Source: Oikopleura dioica (taxonomy: Eukaryota; Animalia; Chordata). Taken from it: a stretch of DNA of 64,000 nucleotides. This document shows, piece after piece, positions 1 to 11,550 of this stretch. The notes below the pieces were generated by a model. It was given only the letters and a program-made list of their open reading frames with translations. It had not been told where the DNA came from and did not search any database. Location of the stretch: assembly GCA_907165135.1 (NCBI GenBank), contig OU015567.1, positions 10,602,001 to 10,666,000 of the forward strand. Direction: 5' to 3'. Within the stretch, counting starts at the first letter, position 1. Every line of letters begins with the position of its first letter. The position numbers and the translations under genes were made by a program.

Positions 1-123
1 GACGATCACGAGGAGGAAGCTGCTTTTCTCCCAAAATGCGGTCATTTTTTTCATCAGACCTGCATGACCAAATGGCTCGAACAAAAAAACTCCTGTCCCC
101 TCTGTCAGGAGCCAGTAGCCTGA
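1..123 (+). CDS. RING-H2 finger protein, 3' end (partial)
   Basis: Frame 1 reads DDHEEEAAFLPKCGHFFHQTCMTKWLEQKNSCPLCQEPVA*, matching the C-x-H-x2-H-x2-C...W...C-P-x-C RING-H2 pattern; not in the ORF track. Confidence 0.85.
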   Translation, partial: DDHEEEAAFLPKCGHFFHQTCMTKWLEQKNSCPLCQEPVA

Positions 124-1331
124 CCTACAGAGGGGTAGATGAAAATCAACCGGAAGAAGAAGAAGATAAAAGTAATTTTGGGTTTGTTGGGACCTCGGAG
201 GAATCACCCAACCACGCGGATCAATTGGAGGCTGTTTTTGGTATTGAAGATTCCCCAAAAGATATACATTCATATGAAAAGAACCAGAACACTTCTTCAA
301 AGGAATCTACTTATGAAGAAGAAAATGACGAGTCAATTTCTAAAAAATCTCTTGTCCCTTTCCAATTTCGCTCATTTGTTCATTTGAAACAAGTGCTTGA
401 ATTTAATATCCTTTCTCTAAAAATTTTGTTTATAGTATTATACAAAAAACTTTTATCTTCTTGCTTCTTTTTCGCTTTTACAACTTACTTAATTGACAAT
501 TTATTGTTCATTTCTTGTGATAACATCAATCAAATAAATTCAAAAATGATAAAAAAAGACAGGAAAAGTCAAAAAAATACACAAAGTTTACATTTGTGTA
601 TTGAACTGTTTTGATATCCAAGTGTCTTTTGGTATTCGAAACAATGTCAAAATTTTACGTTACGAAATTCCCCACATAATCTGCTTCAGTTGGCTAATTA
701 CTGCAGCAAAGTGGCGTTGGCCGCAAGTTATGTGCGTTATCCACGAGCTCACGTTCAAATTTCGCTCTTGTGGTTGGCATTTGAAGACCATGGCTTTTAA
801 AAATACCTAAACTTCCCTGAATTCACATATTTTGGTTTCATTGAAAATTCTATTCGATAGTGCTCTTGTCAAAGAATTTAAATCGGAAGTAAAACGAAGA
901 AGACACTCTCAACATAGGGCATGATCGACATTCTTCTTACGTTCATAGTTACAATGGCACCCATTTGTGGTGATTCTTGAGAGTTTAGAAAGATTTAGAG
1001 GGTATAATTTAAATTCAAGCATTTTCAAAGGTTCGAAAAGTGAACTTTTCTGAAGGGAAAAGGGAAAGACACTAAATTTTTCCCCGTAATAAAAATACCG
1101 ACGTTCTGATTCCCAGGAAATCGAATAAGCTTTCCCTTCAACTCATTACCTCTCTAGGAGAATACATATATCTCCTGTCATGAGCAGACGAGCTCTACAA
1201 AAGACAAAACAAAACGATCATGCGAAGGTCATCATCTGCGATTGACAGAATATCCGTGTGAACTGAGCAGCTGTATTTCATCATATACTCGTCACTCCAT
1301 GTTCTCAAGATCACAAGTCTTAAAACTAAAA

Positions 1332-2470
1332 ATGAAGTTGTCTTTTGCTCTCCTTGCCTTGGTTTCCGCCGGTCCCCACATCCGAGGAACTGATTGCGAG
1401 AACAAGTGCTACACCTACTCCCAGGAATCCTTCAAGAAGTGCGTCAATGAAGGCGGCTCTGAGGAGAAATGCAAGTATCTTATGAAGGAGCAATACAACT
1501 CGGAAAGGCTTTGACTAAGACTTTTTGTACAAGGGTTAAAATATGTTTGAGTCCTTGAAAGTGCGTCGAAAAAAGCTGCAAAGATTCTCCCAAGGCTGTT
1601 CGAATGGCTGAGAAGATGGCCAAGAAATTCGCTCGAGGACTTGCTCGAGGTACTGCTTGCGAGAACAAGTGCTACAGCTACTCCCAGGAATCCTACAAGA
1701 AGTGCATCAATGACGGCGGTTCTGAGGATAAATGTGGTTATTACATGAAAGAGCAGTACAACTCGGGATGGCTTTGAAATTTTTCTAGCTCAAGCTCATT
1801 TGAAAAGACAATTAATAGTGCTTGAGAAGGGAAAATCAAACGAGCTAATATTTACGAGCTGAGTCGGCATTTTCCATGACAAAGCGCGCTTATAAATAAT
1901 CATTATCATCATAAAAAGGGAAAATCATGAGGGAAAATTTCGAATCCTAGTTAGTGTGTGCAAAAGGAATGCTCAGACGCTCCAAAGGCTGTCGTTTTCG
2001 AATCCAAGAACGATCGATGTGACGCTTACTGCACCGATTACGCTCAGCAGGCGATGCGACGATGCATGGCCGTGGAAGGTGCAACTGAGGAACGATGCGC
2101 TAACTACGCACGAGGCGAGTACGCCAGCTGCTCCGAGCGATGCAATGCCCAGGTTTCCGTTTTCGGCCCCTGCGAGGATCGATGCGATGCTGCCAAGGAT
2201 GACCATCTCAAGCGATGCGAAACTCTCGAAACCGAAGAGGAGCAGGAGCGATGTCGACGACACGCTGGCCAGAACCACCGAGAATGCTTGAGCAACTGCA
2301 GCGGAGGTGGACCCGAGCCCGACTGCAAAACCCGATGCGAGCAGCGTCACCACGAGGAGATGCGAAAGTGCCAGACCCTCGAAGATGCTCAAGAACAAGA
2401 ACGATGCGCTCACCAAGCCCAGCAGAACTTCCACAAGTGCATGGAGGAAAACTGCCAACGACCCGAGTAA
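1332..2470 (+). CDS. Secreted protein (~296 aa) with repeated six-Cys modules; exons 1332-1502, 1562-1765, 1955-2470
   Basis: Signal peptide MKLSFALLALVSA; repeated C-x3-C-x10-C-x9/10-C-x10-C-x3/4-C; GA-AG and GG-AG introns restore frame and Cys spacing. Confidence 0.8.
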
Positions 2471-2969
2471 ACTACATTTGGACTCTTGGAAACTTTTTTT
2501 CTTGAAATCTGATTCGGAATAAATTCTTACCCGCAAAACTAACAAGACGATAAACTTTGAAAATAAGGGCAGGAGGCGCAGGCGGATGACTGCTGTTATC
2601 TTTTTGGGTTTCTTATCACTGGGCACTTTCGCTATTAGAGTCATCTAAATGAGCTTTGGTACATGTTGCCCAAGGATTGGCAACAAAGAAATCTTCCAGG
2701 ATGAGAATATAAATCGATCCCTTTGATCGCGCGCAATCGAAGGCGGAAGCGATCGCTCTATTTAGCTCTTTTATTCTCATTTGTTTAAATTTACTTTATA
2801 CATTAAAGTACGCTGAGTTAATAAATATTATTAATTGTTTTGAAAGTTGAAAGTGGTCGATGATGCACAGATAATTGACCAAGTCGGATGTTTGAAATTG
2901 TGCGGCATAGATTGATATAAATATGGATTTATTCTATGCTTACAGAATCAGACCTTCATATTATCAGAG

Positions 2970-3407
2970 ATGGAGCAAGTCGGGAATCAAACTTTTTTGG
3001 AAAGCCTAAACCAGATCACTTGGACGGAAGACGAAAATACTAGCGAAGATAGAAAAGTAGAAAAATCAAAAGAGATAGCTAAGAACAATGAAACTTCTAC
3101 TCATTCGCCTTGGGAAACGCTGTCTTATCAATATCCGCTAGAGAAAAGGATCGAAATCTTCTTTTTAAAAATAGTTTGTTACATCGATATTGTTATTAAT
3201 AATAATGATCCCCTAAAGTGCTATTCTTCGTTCTACAGTACCCCATACGAACCATACCCCGGATATTTCTACGCAGATGAATGGGTAAAGCAAGATGCGT
3301 TTTTCGACGAGATGGACGGAGATTTTGTTATTGACTACTCTGCACCAGAATATCAAAATCAAATTTCCGATATGTCGCTTGACGATTCTCTGAACGAGCC
3401 TAGCTAG
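2970..3407 (+). CDS. Hypothetical acidic protein; possibly upstream part of the bHLH gene
   Basis: 145 aa ATG ORF, no recognised domain. Confidence 0.3.
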   Translation: MEQVGNQTFLESLNQITWTEDENTSEDRKVEKSKEIAKNNETSTHSPWETLSYQYPLEKRIEIFFLKIVCYIDIVINNNDPLKCYSSFYSTPYEPYPGYFYADEWVKQDAFFDEMDGDFVIDYSAPEYQNQISDMSLDDSLNEPS

Positions 3408-3493
3408 GGATGATATAATCGACCACTTATCTTATCGGAATTTCGAAGCTTCCGAAAAATTATAAACCTCATCCCTCAAGAAGTCTTCTCGAA

Positions 3494-4035
3494 ATGGACA
3501 CGAACTTTAATAGCTCAAATCAGTTCACGCCGCCGCAAGATACGGTTAAAATCTGTAATCCTCCAAACCAAATCGCAGATAAAAACCCCTCAAACTCAAC
3601 TGGAGTTTGCTCATCCCCGAAAAGCGATAAAGTCAAACCGATGACCATTAATGAAGCATTCGATCGACTTCGGTGCGTACCGAACCCAATTAATGTACTG
3701 TGTTTGATCGTAAAATTTCAGAGATGTTGTTCCTTCGTTTCCATTTGAAAGAAAAATTTCAAAGATTGAGACTTTGCGTCTGGCTCTCAGGTAAATTTCT
3801 CGATTAATGAAAATACTAAAGAGACTCTCCATAGCTATATTGAACTTCTGGTTGACACTTTGGCGCAGCCTCTTTCAGTAAGACCTTCAGACTATCTTCA
3901 ACTCTGCGCTCGTGGAAAAATAACGTAAGAAATTTTTGAAACAAAGACAAAACCACGTCAACTTTTTTCAGGGAGGAAAAGAAGTGGAAAACAACAGACC
4001 TTACGACACGTCTCCAGTGGATAAAATGGGACTGA
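3494..4035 (+). CDS. bHLH factor, PTF1a/48-related (Fer)-like; exons 3494-3672, 3722-3790, 3834/3835-3924, 3972-4035
   Basis: Spliced product [37 protein letters not shown]...KWKTTDLTTRLQWIKWD*; three GT-AG introns keep frame. Confidence 0.8.
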
Positions 4036-5664
4036 AACTTTGCATAAGAAGACCTTTGCTTTATTTATTGTGAGCTACAAAGATTAAAAATGCTGGATGT
4101 GTTTGATTGTTTTGTAGAGGCGTTTTCGTTTTTCTTTCTCGAGTCCTTTTGCTTCTTCGTTGGGCTTAGACTGCTACGAGCAATCTAGTCTGTAAGCTAG
4201 AGTCTAGAGCTCGTGAGATAAAAAATAAGCTGGTAAAAGTTAACATAAGCCACGTAATAAAGTGCTCTAACGCGTTCGTGATAAGCAATTCCTTGTTTCA
4301 CTAACGAGCCCTTGGCACGTACTGGGCTTATAAATAAATGACAGTAGAATGTACTATCTAAAGCCCTGGTCCCTTTGAGATAGGCTTTGAGCTCAGCTTT
4401 GTTGTGGAACATCTTCTTTGCACGAGCCTCGATGTAGTCCAGGCTCTTGATTAGCTAAAAACTAGCTTTAGAATGTTTTAAAGAGAATAGCACGAGTGTT
4501 GTAATTAAATTCCCGAAACCAAATTAATACAAAACACAACGCTTAGCACATCAAAACGTGATTCGACACTGTTTTTAAAATAAAACACTTACGTAGTTTT
4601 CAGATTCCGTATTGTGCCCAAAATCATCGGTGGTTTTGTAGACATTGTCTTCCGAAACATGTTCATGCTTTGGCGCAAACACTTCGCTAGAAACCTAAAC
4701 AATAACTCTAATGTGGATTTAACTGGATAATAGTATATTCCCAAAATAGCTTTGAAAGACAAAAAAGCAAGACGGAAATGGTATTTGGGATAAAAACGAA
4801 CGGACACGCGTTAGTCGTTTATGATGTAATTTAGAAACTACGGGTCAGTAGCACACGATTTGCTATCTCTTTAGCCACGAATATTTTGCAGCTAAATAAT
4901 AAATGTTGAGATGCCTCTCATAACTGGATTTTAATCAGCCTCAGCGAGTAAAAATAACGTTATTTTATATATTTTATGTTCAAAATTTGATGTTTTCAAG
5001 TCCAAGATTATCAAAATTTTAATAAACCCTAACTAAACAAAATTTGATAAACAAAAAATTATATTCAAACAAGCTACCTTTATCTTTGGCTTCGAAAGCT
5101 TCTGACCCTCCAAGTGCTTTGGGGAATAGAGCAAATGCATGATCACTTTATTATTTTCAACAAGGAAGAATAATTAAAATATGAGATTAAAAATTCTTTT
5201 TATCGAAAACTTTCCTAAGGTAGTACCGATGCAAAGAATAAGCCAGCAATGCAAATATAGAGGTAATTTTTTCATCTCTCTTTTTAGAAAAAAATCTTTG
5301 GACGAGTTGGAATTTGCCGTTTGATTTTTTGCTGATAACTATCAAACCCTGCCTCGCTGCTTGAAAATAAAGACAAAAGATTTTTTGTGATTTTAGTTTT
5401 ATTAATAAAAGTTGATTTATAAAATATACAAATAAGATCGGACACAGAGAAAAGGCCAGTTTTTTCTCGAAGGCCGAGCGCATGTTAAAAAATGACGGTC
5501 CAAATTTCAATAGCGCCAAAATTGAAACAACGTGTGCAGTGAGAGATATAATATACGCCGATGGCTTGACTAGTATTTCATCGGATATTATATCACTTCT
5601 ATCGACGTTGTCGGGATTTGTCGCTGGTCTAGAAGTAGAAAGGCGGGAAGTGGAGTGAAAGGAG

Positions 5665-6307
5665 TTATTCGGATGGCTTTTCGCATTTGTAGACTTTGCG
5701 CAAGACTCGAGCAAGACCGTTTCCTTTTCGTTCGATTGTGCTGAGAGATCTGAAATAAATGTTGAAAAGAGAGATTTTATGAACAAATATCTTACCGCAT
5801 TCCCTTGGTGTCGTTGACGGGGTTGCCGTTTTCGTCAGTCTTCTTGTTCTTCCAGGCAGATTGGCAAGTGTTTCCCTTGAAGGTTCTCTTGACGGCTGGG
5901 GCGAGCTGTTCGTTGATGAACTTGCATGGGTTGTTAAAGTCGAATCGACCGCCGTTTCGCTCGAATTCGTCCTCGTCTTCGGCGTCACCAGCTCCATCGC
6001 TGTTTGAGGGTTCAAATATGATTCTTTTTGTAAAATTTTGCTTATTTCAAATTTAGAATTAGAATTTTCTTAGAGTGATATTGAACCCGTAACAAGCGGC
6101 GAGGTCGAATCGGTTGTAGTAATCCCAGATCTTCTGATTCTTGAGAGCGAGCTTAGCTGTCTGTTCGACAGTACCAGCTTGAGAAGCCTCAAGACCGAGG
6201 AAAGTGTTAATGTGGCCTTGAAGTCGGCCGATCTTTCTGACAGCTTGAGCGATTTCCTCTTCGGTGGCAGCGAAGGCAAATGGAGCCAGGAATGCAAAAA
6301 CTTTCAT
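5665..6307 (-). CDS. Small secreted protein, three exons
   Basis: Signal peptide MKVFAFLAPFAFA; middle exon RFDFNNPCKFINEQL; GT-AG intron joins to RSLSTIERKG...KPSE*; first intron boundaries uncertain. Confidence 0.65.
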
Positions 6308-7523
6308 TTTTATTATTCGTTGAGGTTGTCTAGCTACTCTTTATCTATCTAGCTCTATTGGCTTGGATGACTTCTTTGCCGCCAACCGCGCGGTTATAAA
6401 CCCGCGTTTCAGGCGCTACGGCGCGCGGTCAAAGGGCGCGCTCGAGCGCCACGACCGCGCATCACGCGCGTTGATGATGAGGATGAAGCCTTTCTGGACA
6501 AGTACCAGGTAGAATTTCGACATTCGGTCTATTTCTTACATTCAGAAACTTTCTTCATGACTTTTTATTCCGCCTTGCATAAGCGATCTGACTGTACATG
6601 TAATATAGATATACTTTGTAGACGGTTTTGGAGATTATCGAAAGTGCCACCGACTATTACGAGCTCACTCAAAACACAAGCAGAAAGCGTCTTAGAAATG
6701 TACAACAGAGTAACTTACAGAGACTTACTGAATTTTAATCGCGTCGCTTGAGTTTTAGAAAGAAAGCTAGGCAAGTCAACTAAATAGAAGCCTATTGGGG
6801 AAATTACGCCAAGGGTCCATTATGGTCCATAATTTATGGAGGATCTAAAGCTCATTGCTTGACTCAGCTTTATTTTCAGTATTAGCTGTTGAACCTGGTT
6901 ATTTGTTACTTTGATCGTGTTCAGATTTCTTGAGTAATTTTTCCTTTTGCTTAGTTGCTTTGGCGGATTGATCCTTTGAAATTCAAAGTTTGAATGTACA
7001 TCAAGCTTTCTAGAGCATGGTATTTATTCCAAAACGAAACAGAATAGCTAATTAAATTGTCTGAATTTCCATCTTTTGATGATCAAAACTGAGGACCGTA
7101 AACCGGAAGTGTCCATAATACAAACTCTGGAACACCCTTTCATTTCGATTTCATTTTTAGCGTTCCATTTTTTATCCAGAATCCGAATAATTTGGAGTTG
7201 ACGTACCGGCCACCAAGGTCAAAATACTTGATTTAGCCAAAAGATTTTGAATCATTTTTTCACGTCGGCATTGCCGACTCGGCAAGTTATGAATGCGTGT
7301 TCTGTTTGTTTCTGGACTTGTTTTTATGATTTGATAGGCAGCATGGATTAGAAAGCAGGGAGAATATTTTTTCCATCGAAAGATTCTAGACCTTTCTTGT
7401 TTTCATTCTATTCAAATTGGTCATCGAGGCCCTCGATTCGAGGGGTTGTCTCCCTCATAGCATCCTTCTCCGAATAAAACCACCAAATATGCCTTCTGAA
7501 AAAGTTATCTCCGGCAACTTACA

Positions 7524-8123
7524 ATGCCAAGAACTAAACAAGCTAACCCGCCAAACAAAACTGAAGCCAGACGCCCGACTTTTGCAAATGAAGAACGCCT
7601 TCATCGACGACGGAACTGCAAACCTGTTCTAGAAACAGTCGAAAAGCAGCTTCCATCAAAAACCAGCCTCAAGCCTGGGAAAGCAGCTCCTCGAGATGTC
7701 CGACGATACCAGCCGCTGCACGAGCTGATCATTCCGAAGGCACAGTTCCGTTCAATGTGTAAAAGTGTCCTCCGCGACATCAAACGTGACTTCCGGATGC
7801 AAGTGACTGCCTTGAAACCACTCCAAATTGAAGTCGAGCAGCGCATCATCGAGGTCTTTGCTGATGCAGGACTCTTTGCCAAACACGCAAATCGAGTGTC
7901 TCTCAAACCAAGAGACCTGTCTCTTGCACTGCTTCTTCGTGGAGAAGAAGATCCTCGTCGCAAGAAGCATCCGAGCGCGCGAACCGACTGGATCGTCGAC
8001 CCGAATGATGTCGGATTTGAGAATTTGATTTCAATCAAACTCGACAGTAGTATTATCCTTTTCGTTTTGCGCGTTCGCACTATTCTTCGGAAAACAAACA
8101 TTGCTCGCGCGCATTCAATTTAA
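7524..8123 (+). CDS. Divergent histone H3-like protein (174 aa before the insertion; now +25 aa read from the Polinton TIR)
   Basis: MPRTKQ start; KPGKAAPRDVRRYQ...ELIIPKAQF...KHANRVSLKPRDLSLALLLRGE aligns to the H3 histone fold. Confidence 0.9.
   Translation: MPRTKQANPPNKTEARRPTFANEERLHRRRNCKPVLETVEKQLPSKTSLKPGKAAPRDVRRYQPLHELIIPKAQFRSMCKSVLRDIKRDFRMQVTALKPLQIEVEQRIIEVFADAGLFAKHANRVSLKPRDLSLALLLRGEEDPRRKKHPSARTDWIVDPNDVGFENLISIKLDSSIILFVLRVRTILRKTNIARAHSI
8040..8045 (+). repeat. Left target-site duplication CTCGAC
   Basis: Identical hexamer at 41155-41160. Confidence 0.95.
8046..8101 (+). repeat. Left terminal inverted repeat (~56 bp)
   Basis: First 43 nt identical to the reverse complement of the right end; 54/56 match. 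Confidence 0.95.
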
Positions 8124-8180
8124 GTCGCACCTCTGCAAGAATGTGTTTGTATACTGATTTTACTCCCATGTTTCTCAATA

Positions 8181-8310
8181 TGCTGAGTGCGCTACTCTGC
8201 TGAGCGCGTTGCTCTGCTGAGCGCGTGCATGTAAGCTCAGAATATTCAAGCGCTACGCAAGAGGCGCGCGCTTAGCATGGGCACGCGCTCAGCATGGGCA
8301 CACGCTCTGC
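8181..8310. repeat. Left subterminal direct and inverted TGCTGAGCGC / GCATGGGCAC repeats
   Basis: tgctgagtgcgc, ctctgctgagcgcg x2, inverted gcgctcagca, gcatgggcac x2. Confidence 0.6.
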
Positions 8311-8612
8311 ATTAAAGTGCGGCTTATTTCACAGAAGATTTTTTTAGATGATCGTCTCAGAATTTATTTGACCCCTAACCTAAATTCAATAGAATCAACT
8401 TTGAGAAATAGGTCTTTCAAATTTAAGCAGCCTAGAAAAAATAACGGCGCTGTTTTATTGAGAAATTTTACCTTATAAACAAATCCAACTTGCGATTTCA
8501 ATCACAGTAAAAATATGAAAAAAAATAAAAACTGATTAGAAGAGAGATCCATTATCGCCAATTACAATGAAGCCACGACTTCAAGATCACGACAAGAAAT
8601 ATTTTAAATGAT

Positions 8613-8940
8613 TAAATGAATCGTAATCCTCTGCAACTTCACGATCATAGTCCGGCATTTATCAAAACTAAATGATAAAATGAATCGAAATCCTGAAGAA
8701 CTTGAACTTGTTAATCGGCATCATTGTCCGGCATCTTAAATTAGAAACGAAGTACTCGATAAAATCAATCAAAGTTTCCCTATTATTTTTTTAATAAAAT
8801 GAATCGAAATCTTCAACAGTCTCTTTAAAAGTGATTAAATGAATCAAATTTTTCTGCGTGTTTATGATCAAGCAAGTTTTTTTGCACGATTTGATCAATC
8901 ATTTTTTTATTCATAAAATGAACCAGTAAAATGAAAACTC
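8613..8940 (+). repeat. Iterated TAAA(A)TGAA motif cluster
   Basis: Copies at ~8613, 8676, 8795, 8836, 8914, 8927. Confidence 0.6.
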
Positions 8941-9248
8941 GGATGATAGCCTTTCAGGTTTAATCATTTTAAAATTTTCTAAAATTTCTTATATGGTTCA
9001 TAAAATGTCAAAACTTTATATTTTATTTTCTACTGAAATTTCTTCCTTCCACTAACATATTGTTAAAAATTGTTTCCATCTATGAAATTATACTGCAATA
9101 AAATAATTGCCATCAAGATTGTATTTGTTAATATGCACGCATGAAAACTAGTAAAAACCTCAGCCAAAAAAAAGTGTCAAAAATAACACTTTTTAAGCGA
9201 AGAAAAGTTTCTTTTTTTTTAATTCTTGATATCATTCCATTCCGTAAA

Positions 9249-9891
9249 ATGGAAGAGACACGTGAGAGAATTCTTGCAGGAATTATTCTTTTTTTTGTTA
9301 TCATTTTTAATCTCGGCCAACTTCGCTTAATAGCGGCAACTACCACTGCCGCTCCAACGCTCACGGAAGAACAGCTGAATGCAGGATGTGAAGCAATCAT
9401 TTTGCCGAAAAATGAGACGGCTCATATCACCCCGGTAATCAAATCAAAAAATGCTTTTGCCGTAAATTTTTCTTAAGGAGAACCAAGCACTGAAAAAAAT
9501 AATCGATTTTATCTTGTACGAAACCGAAATGGAACAACGATCAGCAACTTACATTCGAGATGCCTTCAAACAAGCTAAAAACAAGTATTACGGCAAAAAA
9601 CAAAAAAAGACTAAGCGTGACGCCCATAATACGATCATCAGTTTCTATGAGCAAATGTATCGATACCACTGGGTCGATGGGCGGTCCTCAAGCGTCGATG
9701 GTTTGCTTGCATTACGTTTGACTGGAACTCTTCTACGAGTCATCGAGAAAGATGGACATCTGAATAAAAATGACGCTGGAGAAATCAGAAAAACACTCAT
9801 CAAGAGAGCGACGAAAAAACTTCGAGCTGACCTTTTCGATCGATCCTGTGAGAAATACTGCTTCGTACTGAAAATTTTTGTTCTTAGCTAA
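9249..9891 (+). CDS. Polinton accessory protein with N-terminal hydrophobic segment; exons 9249-9434, 9478-9891
   Basis: ILAGIILFFVIIFNLG then ATTTAAPT; a 43 nt GT-AG intron joins two ORFs in frame. Confidence 0.65.
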
Positions 9892-10132
9892 GTTATTTTG
9901 ATAATAAAGGAAACTCTTTAGATACCAATTTGAATTTTTATTTTTATGATTTTGGCAGGCTAATCGCGTAATTAGAATTTAGTGCCAGAGTCCGAGAAAC
10001 ATGGATTCTGTTGTCTTGAGGGTGGCCGTTCACACCCTTTGCTCCGAACGCTCAAATTTCAATATCCTAATCAATGCTTTTTTAAAATAAATGCATAAAT
10101 AAGGGTCAACATAATTTTTTTTGGATAAAGCT

Positions 10133-10618
10133 TTATTGATGGAAAGTGACAGTTATTGGCTGATCCCAGAGACCTGCGGAAAAGAGTTGTCCGATTTCAC
10201 TCTCTGAAGTAATGACCATATCTGGGAGGTAAGAATCAGTATGAAACAGTACTCGTAGATTTTTCAGAATTTTGGTCCGATCTTTGCAGACATTTGATTC
10301 ACAGTTATGTTCAAAAACTCGCGCAGGAATAGCAATCTTCAGAGATCCCCTATTTTTGCGAATAAGGAGTCGTCTTCGTGTGCCTTCATCCAATCTTTCT
10401 ATTCTGTCAGAACGATCGACTGTGACATATATCGGACGAACAAAGTCAATGGGCGCCGAGAATAGAACACAGAAGCCAGATCTCTGTTTAAAAGAGAAAT
10501 ATCCTTTTTTGAGAAAGTCGCTTCTTATCAGCTGGACGAGTAAATGGTTTCGCAAACAATTCGGTTGCTTCTTGCATTTGGTAATAAAAAAATTATATGG
10601 AAAAATCTCTTTTTTCAT
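10133..10618 (-). CDS. Polinton hypothetical protein (161 aa)
   Basis: ATG ORF, no recognised motif. Confidence 0.45.
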   Translation of the reverse strand: MKKEIFPYNFFITKCKKQPNCLRNHLLVQLIRSDFLKKGYFSFKQRSGFCVLFSAPIDFVRPIYVTVDRSDRIERLDEGTRRRLLIRKNRGSLKIAIPARVFEHNCESNVCKDRTKILKNLRVLFHTDSYLPDMVITSESEIGQLFSAGLWDQPITVTFHQ

Positions 10619-10760
10619 TTCTTTCTTTTAAACAATTGAAGCGAATTTCTATTCAGCGCTATAATGAGTTTTTCACATGATGTCTTGAATTTTATTTAGA
10701 TTATCTTGGCAGACAAAAAATTTTGATGAGGTGTTATTTTTCGCATGTGTTCTGCATAAA

Positions 10761-11469
10761 ATGAAGCCTTCGGACAAATTTAGCATCACTCAGAGCTTTG
10801 AGAGAATGAATGACTTTAGCGCTCGAATAACTCTTCGAAGACTGGCCCAGACTTACACTGGAGTCAAAAAGGCATCAGACTACGGCTATGGAGAGTTAGT
10901 CGATCTCCTTAGAAATCGTATCGCTGTCTTGATAACACAGGATATCGCCAACGAGGAGTTCTACAACAAACGGTTTGATTCATATGTGAAACTCTGCAAT
11001 TCGAGCAGAGATTTGGAATTTGACCTTCTGGCCGATGACCTGATCGGCCACTTTGAAGACGTGACAACAAAAGCAGGAACCTCCGTTGAGCGAGCTTTCT
11101 TGACATATTCTTATGTTATTTGTAAGTGCTCAGAATTTTTATCAATAAACCAATTTATTTAAGCTCTCGGATACAAAATCTGCCAACGATATGACGTCCC
11201 AACTTTTGAGAAGAAATCATTCATCGGAGGTCTCAAAAGACGTAGCTGTAGGGCGATGCAGGAGTTCTTCGAAATGGCTCAGATTTCGATTCAAGGTACA
11301 CGGTTAAAAATCCTCGGAAACTTATTATAAAATCAATTTAGAAAAATTTGGAGACCTTGCAATCACCCCAGACCTCCTCGCTGACCCCGAATTAGGATGG
11401 CTCAAAGCAGAAATTCCAAGTCCAGTCTACCTTCCAGGATACGAATCGGATACCGAAGATTCGTCCTAA
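10761..11469 (+). CDS. Polinton hypothetical protein, three exons
   Basis: Two short GT-AG introns (near 11122 and 11297) keep frame to ...GYESDTEDSS*. Confidence 0.6.
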
Positions 11470-11550
11470 ATTTGAAAAAAACTGCTCATCAAAAAATGAT
11501 TTATCAAATAAATACAGTAAAGCAAGGTTAAAAACAGAGGATGATTTATT

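Noticed and set aside
36-614. 192 aa ORF
   Set aside because: Overlaps the RING-H2 end in another frame and runs into AT-rich sequence; no motif
1973-2644. 223 aa minus-strand ORF
   Set aside because: Antisense shadow of the Cys-rich gene
5187-5786. 199 aa minus-strand ORF
   Set aside because: Starts in an intron of the secreted gene and crosses its last exon out of frame; no motif
6008-6088. Short inverted repeat (gggttcaa...ttgaaccc) around an intron, possible MITE-derived intron
   Set aside because: Only ~11 bp, imperfect, single instance, no TSD
6421-6470. GC-rich palindromic stretch
   Set aside because: Short and single-copy; cannot be assigned a function
7601-8101. 166 aa minus-strand ORF
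   Set aside because: Antisense to the H3-like gene and starts within the TIR
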